From assembly GCA_965112155.1 (NCBI GenBank), contig OZ218099.1: a stretch of 64,000 nucleotides of DNA. One strand, written 5' to 3'. Below the pieces are notes generated by a model that made no database searches, was not told the origin of the DNA, and saw only the letters and a program-made list of their open reading frames with translations. How positions within the stretch are numbered: the first letter of the stretch is position 1; each line of letters starts with the position of its first letter. Position numbers and translations under genes: made by a program. Source of the DNA: Podarcis liolepis (Eukaryota). Shown here one piece after another: positions 35,132 to 48,753 of this stretch.

Positions 35132-38100
35132 TCTTAAACTTTTGCAGTACAGTAACTATATCGACAGAGGTGCTTCTGTATTTTACTGGATTCCCATACA
35201 CCTATGTTTAAAAAAGGGATTTCAAAGCAGCCTACAATTAAATTATATTAGAATAATAAAACAATCAGGCAAACACAATAAAACCTGAAAGCAAAAAATA
35301 AATTAGAATAAAAGCAGCAAACTAAATAAAAGAGCTAGTAGTTAAAAACACATTGAGGTATTGCTGTCTTAACCTCCTTGTGGAATACTAAAAGATATGG
35401 AGCCAACTTCACAGGTATTGTGCTCTCAAAGTGAGGTTGGAGAGGAGAGTAGGATGAAAAATAGATGAATACTTAAATGGTCCTGATACAGGCAGCCCCT
35501 GAGGACTGTGAGAGTGCTGAACTACCAAACAAAATAATTTCTGTCCCAAGGGAGCAGCTGTTCACCAGCCAAATAATGGGATAAGCCTGTGAAGGCTTCC
35601 TTTTGGGGAGCAGAGTTTATTGAGTTGTCTAAACTTACTGTGTGTGGTAAATACACTGTCCCCTCAGTGATGAAGAAAACAGACACCTAAACTTTGTGAG
35701 ATATGTACAATGACAATGTATGTTAGTAATCATAAAATAATTCGGGGGGGAACACAAATTTAGTTTTTTCTACCGAATGCTTATTGTACAAATGTGCATC
35801 AATACATCAAATTCAATTCATTTTGCAATTCTAATGGCAGTGGCAGATTTGGATTCCATCCCTGCCAGTGGCATGGTCTAGCTTGGGTTCAGAGCAGCGG
35901 CACTGACATTGCTGGTGTGTGTTTGAGCAAACAGTGGCCCTGTTGGGGCCACATAAGGGCACCAGTGGGAATATCAATGTCAGTCCAGTGCTCTTGCCAC
36001 TACAATTGTGTGGCCCCAACATCACTACTTCTCTGCCTTGCCTCAGTTACTAGGTAAGTAACAGCAACACAAGGTAGCTGGCTAGTTGCACCTTAGCACA
36101 TGTACCACTGCTTGTTCAGACAAAAGAACCAGGGAATTATCTCAACCCAAATAAACAATACAGATAAAGCATTGGCCATACTGATATTTGAGATAGGGAT
36201 GTATGAAGCTGAGGTACAAAGTTGGAAGACACACACACAGTCCTAAAAACCTAGAACTAGCAGTTAAATAGCAAAACCAATATCCTTCCCTGTGGTTTCA
36301 CTACCTATGGGGCAAACGCATATATTCATTGAATTAATTTTTACCTTTAGTCCACTGCTGATGCAAACTTTAGAGAAACATTTTGTCATCTTTTGAGAGC
36401 ATACAACTCTTGCAGAGCAGACTTAGGATATTGTTATTATTCATTAAATTTCCATACTGCCTTTCATCTGAGGATCTCAGAGCGACTTACAATATAAAAA
36501 CAAAAAAATATGTAACATAGAAAGAAACAAAAACACCCCCATGTGTTGCTCTGTACAGTAGGAGCAGTTAGGCACATTTCAGCTATTTTCTTGTAGTCAT
36601 TTGCTTTTCTTCCCTTCCCCCTCTGTGTTGATGTAATTAGAAGATACAGAATGGAGAAGGTTGGAAGCCAAGGAGGCGCTAAAGTGATTACAAGATACTG
36701 CACCATAAATACTCAGGCAATGAAGAATTAAACAGTCACCTTAGAAAATTGGCAGCGTCTGTATTTCTACACACACACGTAAAAAATGACAATGGAAGCA
36801 TATTTGCACTATAGATGCAAGCTTGCTGTTTGCTATGACTTCGTTCTGTTGGTGCTAGGAACCACATTCCTTTTGTCAAATAGCTTTCTGAAAAACATTC
36901 TGGGTCTTTTAAACATAGCAAGGGAGAAACAGGATGCAACTCACTGAGTTTAATAATTTTTGTTAAACTATATCAGGCCTTGATAAAAGCTGGTCTTTTA
37001 GTTTATAGCAAAGATGACATAGTTGACAATGACAATTCATGCTTTCATCATAATATTGCACTAATGTGAGCATTCCCTAACTGTGAATGAGCACAGCAGT
37101 TCATTATCTTCAAATGATTCAGTTTTTGTCCCCTTCTTTCATTGGAAAGAAAGAAGAAGCTGAGGCTAGGTTGATTACATTAGCAATCTAATCCTTACAA
37201 CAAGCTTTTAAAATCAAGGCAGGAGTATGTTTCCCTAGCTCTTGGTACTGGGTTCAATTCCAAAATTTTAATTACTTTTAAATCCTTTATATGCATAGGA
37301 TACATATTCTAAAGGTTCAGAAATTAATTGGTAGACCTATTTATACCTATTTCAAAAGTTAACAAAAACATTTGTCACTTTTGAGCCTAAGAATTATAAT
37401 CATCATAATGCTGAATAGGTGTTTTTAAGTGTGGCTAAGCATGGAATAAGACAATTGTATCATAAACCATGCAGTATGTACAGTGGAATCGAGAAAATTG
37501 ATTTCTGATGATTTATTTCGCCATTCAGCAAAAATGCCATTTAAAATCCAGCTTTCATCTGAGCCTTCTTGGTGAAGCAGATTTACTTTCTCTGTCTTTT
37601 CCCCCCCATTTTTAAAAGCATCTTCAATAACTTGCAAATTACAAAATTGACATGCTATTTTCTTAGATATCAGCATCATAACAGCTATCATAGCTCTTAA
37701 TTTTTATAATTTAAGCCTTCCAAAGGTTTTTGGAGAGTGCTGCCCAAGCGGATGGAATCTTCTGTTTCCTGTGATTTGTATCATAAAACTGTGAAGGATA
37801 AAGCTTAGATTTTAGCTCAAGAGCCATCTGGTGCTTTTGCTGAAGATCAGAATTCATATGAGAGGGAGAAGCATGTCAACTGTCAAACTGCAAAGACAAG
37901 ACAGATGGCATGCAAGGTTCAGGAAGGAGTGTTCAAGGGAGTGTTGGCCATCAGATCAAGAGGGGACTTGGGCCCCTTTTCTGCTCTTGATATTTGCAAT
38001 TGATTGGTTGTAATATCAATGTGTGCAATGCCGTTGCAGTGTTCACAGCTTCTGTAATGGGGGCATAAGGACAGTAGTTGCTGGGGGTTTTGTCATAAAA

Positions 38101-41058
38101 TTACTCCACCAGCTATTGCTAATGGCCTTACAGGCTGAAAACAGATAGACTAAACCAGCAGTGATGACTAGTTTTTGGAGCAGTAAATAGAAGCGCTATA
38201 CTTGAAATTGTTTTTAAGGCGATTGAAACACTTTTATTGTGATTTGAAGCACGTTAGTACCTCCTTAAATGACCTAGTGCTTACCAGCAACTAACTCCAG
38301 AGCTTGTTACTTAGGCCGTTAGCTACCTTGTGAACTCTGGGTCAGTTTGCAGAATGGGCAGTTTAAAAAAATCTAAGGTGCTTGCCTCTGTCAGCAACAT
38401 AACTTTGCTTACTGGCTTTATTATTGCTTACACATCTACCAAGGATCTTATTCAACCTTCAAAGCTATCACAACATTTTAATGTCCTTTGTTGAAGAGAT
38501 CTTCAGCAGAGCTGTTATTTATCCTCTATTGAAGGACATTCTGTTTTTCTGCTCCTTAAAGTACACGGTTGGTTTTTACTGCCCCACACCTCGCAGCTGT
38601 AGGCCAGGCAGTAGCCTTGCCAGTGCAGGCAGTAGTATTTCTCCAACCCCCACACAATTAAATGACATTGGAAAAATGTGAGACTCTATACTGCTCTTGT
38701 ATGGGAAAAGGGCTATTTAAAAATAACCACATTTCATTGGTAAGAGTAGGTAGGGTTGGTGGATAAATTTGATTCAGTTCGTATTTAAAGGTAACTTAGC
38801 AAATCTACATTCTCTCAAAGCACATGTGAAACTAAAACACATCCTTCACTCAAAATTTGTACCTCTCTGAATTTTGCATTGCAATTCTGCAGCCAAATAA
38901 GGTGGACAGAAAACATATACTAAGATAAGTGTGCATATAAATGCATGTATTAGTGAAAATAACATACAAAAATACAGCATATTAGGGGAAATTGCATACA
39001 GAAATGTGTTAATAGAAATTCACACTAAAAGACTGCTGAATTTTCATAAGATTTTTTTAAAAAACAAACAAACCACAAATTGCTGCGGAAGTGTTGAGAA
39101 TTGAATTTTAGATTGGACGAATGAGTAAGCTACATACTTGTAATATAACCCTTTAAACATTTTATGTATGGAATTCTATTACTAACTGCCTAGTCTTGGT
39201 GTTTGCAGCAAGATGGTTCAGCTGAGCCCAAGATATTATATTGTTATCTAATAAAAGAATGTAATTTAAAATATTGATGGCAACAGATGCAGAAGGTGAG
39301 ATTCTGAATTCTGGTACAGGCACGTAAACGAATGTTGACTTTGGGAGGTAATAACAGACCTTAGTACGTCAACACTTTTCCAGCTCTGTAAGCTGGTCTG
39401 CTGCTCATTCTCTCACTAGCCTGGAGGCAATTTAGGGAGATAAACTGTGTTTCTTCCTCCTCTTCTGCCTCCCGGATCACCTAGCTACTAACTCTGATTG
39501 GAAACAAAATATTCAGTAAAAGATACAAAACAGTTGCCATCTCACTCTATTGTGTGCTGGGTTGGTCTAGTTCCATATGCAAGGAAACTGGCTTCTTCAT
39601 TTTAGTGCAGAGCTTCTAGTTGGTTACTTCAATGGCCTTTGATCAATGTTTGTCATTCCAGAACAAGGGTGAGAAACTGGATCCTGCTTGGTGGGCAGGA
39701 TTCAAAATGGCCTATGTTCTGCAGGCCACTTAGAGTGGGGAAGGGGCTTCCATTACCTGGTGTCAGGTGATGTGACTTTGAATCCATGGCACGCACAAGA
39801 AGAATTAGGAGTGCACTCTGCATGCACTCCAGATTATGAGTTTCTTCTTTTGCAGCCTTAGCTTACATTCAAGCTACAGCTAGAAAGATTTAGGAGTTCA
39901 TTTTAGAATTCATTCCTGGGTCTTCCTTTTGAACTGGCCTGCTGGTTTACCTGTGCCTTGACATATGATTTCATGTGAAGGGTGTGTGGGTGTGCTTTGG
40001 GCCATGGGTTAGAAGTTCCCCACTTCTGCTCAAGAGAAAGAGAGCAATGAATAGAGCTTATAGGAGTTTTCCTGTAGATAAGAATAATTGCCTTGCTTGA
40101 TCTTGGTTTAAAAATATTCTCCTTGCTAACACCAAAGGATGTAATAAATGGATATGCGGCTCATGATTGAAAAGCAGACATAATTTCTTATCTTGTTCAG
40201 TTTGATATGAACCTTTCTTCTGAATCGATTGTTGTCAGTTGTAAACCACCAGGGTTAAGTAATGTGCTCCAATTTGAAGATTTGCCTGTTTGTTCTGCCT
40301 CAGGTTAATTTGCTAAAGCTTAGCAGGCAGGGTGATAAATGCCTTAGGTATTTCTAAAATAGGTAGCTTGGGATGTAAGCTGCCAATTCCAGAACTCTTG
40401 AAGTGCCAGCTAGGATTCTGTGAGTTTAGCTACAGCTTTATAGCTTGAAAGTTTTGATGTTTAATATTTATTGAGCTAGTGCAGACAAAATATATTCTTT
40501 TTCTGAAGAAAAAGTGAAGTTAAAACCTTAAGTCATGTCAGGAACCCAATCATGAACAGGATCCTTGACTTTTGACTCCACCTCAATATTCTTGAACCCT
40601 TTCAGATCTTGGACCCATCTTTGACTGCTACTTGGAGATAAACTTTTATTTTTAATTATATATTGCTGTCTTCCTCTTTTTCTAAGATGCTCAGTTGCGT
40701 CTTAAGAATTCCGAAGGGAGTACAGAAGATGAGAAAACCCACTTCTTTTGAAATTCCCTCTTCCATGGAAATTGTAAAAGTGCAGGCGAGCTGCCCTTAT
40801 CTGCATCTGGCCACCCTTTCTCTGCTTTCTCTCTTTTACAGCCCAGTCCTAACCACGTCAACTCAGAAGTCCTATTGAATTTAGTGGGGCTTACTCCTAG
40901 GTAAGTAGGGTTAGGATTGCAGTCTAAATCATTAGACACAAGATGCTAGTTATGTCATTGTTGCAACCCACCTTAAATAGGAGTGTGGCCTACTTCTGTC
41001 CATGAGTATAATGCACATCCTGTAAATTATTATTTCTTTTCACAATCAGAGTTGCTGT

Positions 41059-41124
41059 ATGAGCGCCGCAACCCCACAGTCGCCTTTGACTGGACTTAAC
41101 TGTCCAGGGGTCCTTTACCTTTTT
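41059..41124 (+). mobile_element. Sauria SINE 3' fragment
   Basis: ATGAGCGCCGCAACCCC...GGGGTCCTTTACCTTT matches the ends of the other copies. Confidence 0.85.
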
Positions 41125-43157
41125 ATAAGGGCTTGTCCACACTTATTTTTTATTTAGTTTTTATTGTCCATACTTCTGCTTGTCCTGTGCCTATGAAGCA
41201 CAGATCCAAGTGGTTTTCTGCCCTTGCAGTTTCGCCTTTTCCCTGCTGCTTTCCCCTGGAGAACCTATTCTTTAGTGCTATATCGGAGCAAACATCAATC
41301 CAGAGAAAACCTGATTGAAATTTGCTCTGATGCCACAGTAAACAGTGGGTTTTCCAAGGAGAAAGCATCAGGACAATTGAAAGTGTGGATGAACCCTAGG
41401 TTTTCATACACTAATGATTTGCTTTTTAACACAAGAGATAATTAAAGTTCATTTGTTTTTCATTTCCCTGATAGCAGGATGCAAAAGTCTTAGCTTTTAG
41501 AATATTTCTGTTTCTGAAATAAAAATTATGCTGGTCTTCCTATTTGTGAACTATTCACAATGTATTTTATTGCAAAACTAACAATCATTCCTTAGGAAAT
41601 GGTTTTAATTGTTACCTGTGGTTCATTCGTCAATCTCCCTGCATGTGAGAACTTTATTTTGGGACTGTATTTTTTGCTGGTTTATGACAGACATAGCTCC
41701 ACTGTGCCTGCTAATGGCAGTTACTGACATGAACCCCTTTTGAAAAAAATGTTTAAACATTTCTATGAAAGTGCATTCTACCTCCTCTCTGATTATCCTT
41801 TTATTGAGGACTGGAGAGTTAGAGAAGCAAATTCATCACGCACTTCATGCCTTTTAGCTCAATTTGAGACTCATTAGGAGCAAAATATATATTTTCTTAA
41901 TCAAAGGGATTGGGAAAAAGATCCATAGTTCACGTACAATGATTTGTGTGTTATTTCTCTGTGATAATCAACTGAGTGAAGGAGAGGGTGTATTTGAAGA
42001 TGTACTCTGAAGCTGATCAGTGGGACAGGATATGGTGGTGATTGTTTGAGAATTTATAACCATGTGCAAGTAAGATTACAAAACTGTCTCAGAAGGGTTT
42101 ACTTTAAAACCCTTCTGACATCTACCCCCATAGCAACTGATCAGGCTGCAGTTTTCTTTGAGTTTGCTGCCGCAAATATGTCTGTAAACTAGGCTTTCCA
42201 GACAGGCCTTTGCACCCTAAAGCAACAATTGATCTGAGGCAATTACAGGATTCAAACCCTGTCACCTCGTCCATTGGGGATTCTCCGTCCTTCCTTCTGC
42301 TGGGCCAAGGTGCTGTTTTTGCCAGTTGGTTCTGGTGTGTTCTAATTTGCAGAGAACACCTGTTCCTTAATTATCCACATCCCTTGTCTGTCTCTTTGTT
42401 TCAGCTCTTTTTGATGTATGAGCTAATCATCTCTTTTTGAAGGGGGTTGTGTTAATTGTTTGACTGTGTGTTCCTAAGGAAGAAGGGCTGGGAACTGAAT
42501 AATAACTTCCAGATTTAAAAGATGGCTGCTCTCCTTTTGGTACTGATGCAACTTTTCGATCTACTTGCTGTGGTCATGTGTTTTGGAGTGCACCAAATAA
42601 TCATTGTTAATAAAACAGTGAGAAAGGGAAGCATATGAGAATCTTAACTGCAGTTGAGCATATTGTGCTAGTATTGCTTCTAGATTGCCTCTAAACCAGG
42701 TATGAATGGGAGGGGACAACCAAAGTGCTTCTGCTGCGACAACCAAAGTGTTGACTTCAGTCTCCATGTCTGTTTGTCACTGTTTGGGATGCTAGCTCAG
42801 GTTTGACATTGAATTGCTGCTGGGCAGTAGTGAACAGCATTGTGGGGCTGTACCACTTCCCTGACCTCCTTCCTGCTTCATAGGGGTAGGAGGAGGCAGT
42901 GATGAGGTCAATGCAGTACTAGCATGCAAGTAGAGCCAATCCTGTGAGCCAGCTGGTGTCGACCTTATCACACCCTCATCCTCATCCCTCCCCCCCCCCA
43001 TCTCTCCATACTGTTATGCCGTGACTTGGCCAGAGGGAAGTCAGGTGAATAACACATACATACTGTGCCATCAGCTACTGCAGCTAGGTAAAACAAATTA
43101 AAACAGAAATACAGCCCATTAAATGTATGCTTTCTTCCCATAACACTTTCCACTTTA

Positions 43158-43504
43158 CAGTGGTGCCCCGCAAGACGAATGCCTCGCAAGACGGAAAACC
43201 CGCTAGACGAAAGGGTTTTCCGTTTTTGAGCTGCTTCGCAAGACGATTTCCCCTATGGGCTTGCTTTGCAAGACGAAAACGTCTTGCAAGTGTTCCGATT
43301 TTTTTTCGCTCCCCCCCTTTTTTCTAAGCCGCTAATAGCCTTTTAGCCCCTAATCCGCTAAGCCTTTAATAGCCGCTAAACCGCTAATAGCCGCTAAACA
43401 GCTAATAGCGCTAAGCCGCTAATAGGGTTGCTTCGCAAGACGAAAAAACCGCTAGACGAAGAGACTCGCGGAATGGATTAATTTCGTCTTGCGAGGCACC
43501 ACTG
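43158..43504 (-). mobile_element. Tigger-like MITE, family B, inverted relative to 33824-34076
   Basis: Same TIRs and TA TSD; internal GCCGCTAA(TA) tandem array at ~43325-43425. Confidence 0.92.
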
Positions 43505-45329
43505 TAATTCTAATTGTGCAAACATAGTTACGGAAGTTTTCACTTATTCTTTATATTTAGAACTTTGATACAGGGGACAGAAAATAAAACATAAACTGAA
43601 TGGATCAATGTTTATTAGTAATCTTTTCCCCACCCTCTTCCCTTGCCAACAAAAATAATCCCTGTGGGATAGGATTCCATTTCACTTAGCTCAGTCCACA
43701 CTCACCCACATTTCAAACCTCTTGACATTCTTTGAGTGTTCTTTAAAGCCCTCTTCTCATTATTATATAGCTTAGTTAATTAGAGACTTTTGGTGGAGTA
43801 GTACTTCATTCCCCAGTGATAGCAAATCAGCATAAAGAGGTCACAACTCCTTCGCATGCTGTGCATTTTCTCTGATCCTGTTGTATTGCCTGGGCGGTGA
43901 AGGAAAGTTGCATAGATGAAATGTTATTCTTGGCTGCTAATGCTGCATTTTGTCAAGGGTCTCTGAATGGGCAGGTTTTCAAAAGACAGCTTCAGGATGC
44001 TTATCAGAGCCTGTTCACATCTTCACATTGCTTTTAGACCAGTTGTTTTCAGCCACTGGTCCCATTGCCTCCCACTGGGATCTGCAGAAAGAGGGCTGGC
44101 GTAGAGGAGGAGCTATTTTCTGAAGCAGCAAATGGAGAACTTTACTGTCAGCAGGAGGTCATAGCTGTCTAGTTGGTTGTTTTAATTAGCAGGCTACTTT
44201 CTTGCATAAATGTGCCCTTAGTGGCTCACAACACAATAAGAGTAATACATCTCAAAACATCATTGATTGAGTTTACTTAAATGCCGCTTTTCCGCAATGA
44301 GCTGTGCCTAAAGCGGCTTACAGCAAACGTTCAAACATCGAAATACAGAGCATTGGAAATACAAATATACAAAATGCAAAACATGCCAGTAAATTTAAAA
44401 ATGATAAAAATCAACTATTTGGCAAACACAGAACAAGTTCAGCAGTAATTATCTAGGCTTAAATATGTAAATTCAAAGAAAAACAAGAGTTAACAATAAA
44501 GTTTTTGGTACTGGTCTTGCTGCACTCCAAGGAGCCTGACTTAAATACAATTCAGAGGAGAGGGGTAGATGACATACAGCTGGTTCCCATATCTCTCCTC
44601 CAGGGGAGACTGGCAGCATCGAAAGGCAAATGTCAGAGAGGGTGATGATGGTAAGTCTCTTCCTCAGCATCTTGCACATGTCAGCTGCTGATGCAGGTCT
44701 TATTGCCCTTCAAAAGCCCTCAGTATCATGGCTTAAATACAGTACAGAGGGGAAGGGTCCTCTCACCAGACCGGGTAGCATTACGATATAAATAATGTAA
44801 AATAATAGTAAATATTGCATTCCAAACAACCCGCTCTTTTCACTGTCACTTTTATAACATTTTTAAGTTGATACAAAATTATCAGTCATTTTGTATCAAT
44901 AGTATCAGTTGATACTGTTGAAATACACAAACCAGTCAGAGGAAACGTTCTAGTGCAGCCACATAAGAAATTATATAACTGGTGCGTCAAAACAGAAATG
45001 CTTATAAGCTTGTTTTCCTTAAGAACTATTTTAGCAAACCTTAAGTCTTAATTCATAAAACGTCTGTGTTATTTGAAAACCACCCCATGTCTAAGCTAAG
45101 TTCCATGCTACTTGCAGGTGTTCTCAAGGAGACACAAGGGAATTTTTAGGTTGATTGGTAAAAGGAAGCCTTATAGAAAAATACTTTTGCCTGGTGGCAC
45201 TGAGAGTTTAACAGGAAGGGTGGATAAGTAGAGGGTTATACATGATGACTTGGCTGGAACTCCTTCACCCGGCCCAGCACAGGACCCAGGGAAGCTGGGG
45301 TGCCATTACAGAGACATACTGCTAATTCT

Positions 45330-47500
45330 TTATTTTATTTTTAAGGATTCTCAATCAAGGCAGGAGTATTAAATTAGATGTTATGAAGTCATTGTTCTTT
45401 TTAGCTTTGTGAACTATCCTGCAATCAGAATATGCAAAAATTAGCATATAGAAGAACATATAATTGGATAAATCAGTGAAATAGTGAAACATTTGCTATT
45501 ATGATCAACTATGACTCTGAAGAAAAATGAGATTAAAATTTGATAAAACTTAAATGTGCAGAAGGAACTGAATTAAGTCATTGGGCTTAATGAACTGGTT
45601 AATTATTGATTTCATGCAAATGATTGTTATTTCATTTGTAATATGAAGCTCAATTTTTAACGAATTAGCTGATTTATTATAATGAAGAATCCCGTTAATG
45701 AATTAGTGGATTAAAATAATTAGGAAACTGAATAATAATTGTTTAACTGTTGATGGACTTGATGCTCTAATTTGAAAGGCGAAAATATCTTAACTAAATC
45801 AAGAAAATGAAGACAAACAAAATATTCATCCAAGAGATGCATTAGAATTACAGGTGTGAGATTATTAGATAAATCAGGAACATATGGAAGCAGTCCCAGA
45901 GAGAGAAAAGGATGCACGAGAGATTAGAAAAAATATTTTTTATAGTTTGAATCCCTACGGAAGATATAATTTTCCTCAGATGTTATCCCAGATATAAAAA
46001 TATATATTTTAGAATGTCTATGAAATGACTCTCATAAACCTTTCTTTGGAAAGCATATTACAGAAATAGATGTTTTTCAAGAAGGTGACTTGATTATATG
46101 ACGTGTATGTGTTATATATTAATTAAAAGATATTGAAATTTAAAACCTGAAAGTTGGATTCTGTCATTCTGTGGCATACTGTACCATACCCTGGTGTTGC
46201 TGTTTTTTTGTTTTGTTTTGTTTTTGCAAGTGCTTAAAAATTAAGAAGAATAGTAATAGTAATAAAAGGGAAAACTATCAGATATTCATAAAGTAGTTTA
46301 AAGATGAAACCATTAAATATTTTAACATTTTACTTTGGACCACATTTTTCATATTCTCCCATGGACAACATACTTGCTTCAAGAAAGCATAACTCATCAA
46401 ATTAATATTGGTGGAATAATGTTGCAGGCAGTTTCAAATCATACCACTGACAAAATCTAGCCCAGTAGATTGAAGTCTATTATATTATGTGTATATAACC
46501 GTCAGAAGTGCAGAACAATGTAAATTCAATGGTCCAAATGGCTTTCTCCCCCAGAACTTTATAAATTAGTAACTTTACTTATACAAAATATTTTGAATTT
46601 TGATAATAAGTGGATATTTTGAATTTTGATAATAAGTGGATGATAGGGGGTATTTTATGGACAGGAAAATTTGCATATATAAAAATGTTATCCCCAAATT
46701 TCATTTCATTAAGCAGTCAGCACTACTGACTGATGGACTGTGATTAATAAAAGCATCTCGTATGGCAAATAATGAGTTTCTCACAAAATAAATGGAGAGC
46801 TAAGATTTTGAAATATTGAACTGTATTACAAAGCTGCGGTATTGTTGCACCGTTGGGAACTTTTGAGAGCTTTGAAGAATATTTATGGCTTTCATTGGAA
46901 TGAGACTAAACAGGCTCCCTGACTACCAGCTTTATATATGAATTAATAAAGAACTGACATGTAGAATCAGGATTGCAGCTAATGTTAACTTGCCCTTTAA
47001 CTGTTGGATAAATTCTGCCTCTTTCTTAGTCTCTTTATCTTGCCATTATAGGTGATTACAATAATACTAACTTTACTGGTTTTGGTATTTTATTTATAAA
47101 TTTTGAATGAGCAAGATAAGAAAAAAATATTGCTTGTCTAGACAGTAGAAATAAATGGAAATTGGGTCTAAAATTAATCTTCCAATATTTTATCAATATT
47201 TACAAATTAGACATTTTAAAGAAAGGTTGACATTTAATAGTGCTCTAACTATTTGAGTTATTAGACTATCAGTGTAATGGATCTATAGGACTTTCCCCAG
47301 CAGTTTTATTATGTGCTTTTAACAAACTGCTTTGCAGAATCAGCTTTACTGTTCCTTAAAAAAAATACGGAAACACAACATTGATATAATTACACAAAAT
47401 AAATTGCAATATCTATTAAGACAAAGTATGTCTCAATTTGTAACCTTTAATATAAAAAATTGTCCTTGACACCCATAAAATTGAAGAGAATCTATATTAG
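45330..47500 (+). mobile_element. Very AT-rich, highly decayed L1-like sequence
   Basis: Strong A bias, a possible zinc-knuckle remnant near 46068-46100, no intact ORF. Boundaries are approximate. Confidence 0.35.
46588..46639. repeat. Perfect 26-bp tandem duplication
   Basis: ATATTTTGAATTTTGATAATAAGTGG x2. Confidence 0.95.
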
Positions 47501-48659
47501 TAATGTGAAATATTGAAAATCTGGCAGTTTGAGGGCTGACATGATGCCCTTTTGTTTGTCACACTGAATAATTAAAATGGTCTGGATAAATCTTATCAGT
47601 GAAGAGACATGTGTTAGGGGGATCTGAAATTGGGTCTCCAGCTGTTTTTTTAAATAAAAGTTCAGTAACAGGTGAGGGGAGACTAAAATCTTACTGGGAC
47701 ACCTTTCTGAATGAGAAATCATTGCCTTCTCCTCCCCTCCCTAGTTGATTATTTGCCTCAGGGGGCACCACGTACTAGTATTATAGGGCAAAGACTAGCT
47801 TGGGGTGATTTTTTGTTGTGGCCAATGTTCCCGTTCAATATTGTGGTCATGATTGGATACAGCCTCTCTATCCCCCAACCCAGGGGCCTGGTAGCCACTA
47901 CAACTTTTTTTCAGTAACATAACAACAAATATAATGGTAGAGAATCTGATAGCATTCAATATACTGGCTCGTCTGTTGGGTTATTTGAAGAGAGTCCACA
48001 AGAAGAGGAAGTTAAAGTGATGTAAAGCCTAGTTGTGTTGGCAAAAATGGGGATGTGAAGAGATGGAAAACAAAAGTGTGTCATGTTCGACTTAACAAGT
48101 TTGGTCTCTGTTACAAATTGAAGAATGAACAATCATTTAGAAGTGGGAATCCTCTGTTCACTTTTGATACCTATAGAGGGGTTAACCAGGAATAAGTTTG
48201 GATGTTTTAGCACCTTCCCTAAATTTATACTGATTTGCTCATCATTTTTTGTTAATTATATGCTAATTCTCCCCCCCCCCAATGATGTATTTTTTGTATG
48301 GGGTGTTTAATATTGACATTACAGTATCTTTTATTAAAATCTAGAGAGTACTACTGCTAAATAGGTTAGCAAGAACAAGTATGCAAGCCTAGACAGAGTA
48401 TGGGCAAAGAATAGAAAATAAATATTTTGTAGAGCTACGTAGCAGTCATAGCAAATATTTCTGAACCACAATTTCACAAGTGTTTTAATTCTGCCCTAGT
48501 CAGATGTCAGTCAAATGGTTAGACTGTGCAAAAGGTTTGTTTTCATTTTAAAACAAAATAATCATTATCAGTAATAGAGACAATTTATGTGAGTTGTACA
48601 TAGTGAGTTTGCTTTTAACTCCATGATTTTCTTGACTTTTTGTTTGTTCCTTATTTCAG

Positions 48660-48753
48660 ACAGCATTTACCATCCTCTTGGGCCCATTCACCTTTTTTAA
48701 TGTGCAGAAAACAAAGTATCTTCAGATCCTGACATCACTCATGAGGTGGATAG
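48660..48753 (+). CDS. TMEM104: TMEM104 penultimate coding exon, TAFTILLGPFTFFNVQKTKYLQILTSLMRWI
   Basis: Long pyrimidine tract + TTTCAG| acceptor, G|GTAAGT donor; 94 nt, phase 0 to 1. Conserved GPFTFFxVQKTKYLQILT. Confidence 0.97.

Noticed and set aside
43325-43425. Repeat array as CRISPR-like
   Set aside because: Units are 8-10 nt with no unique spacers, inside a eukaryotic MITE.
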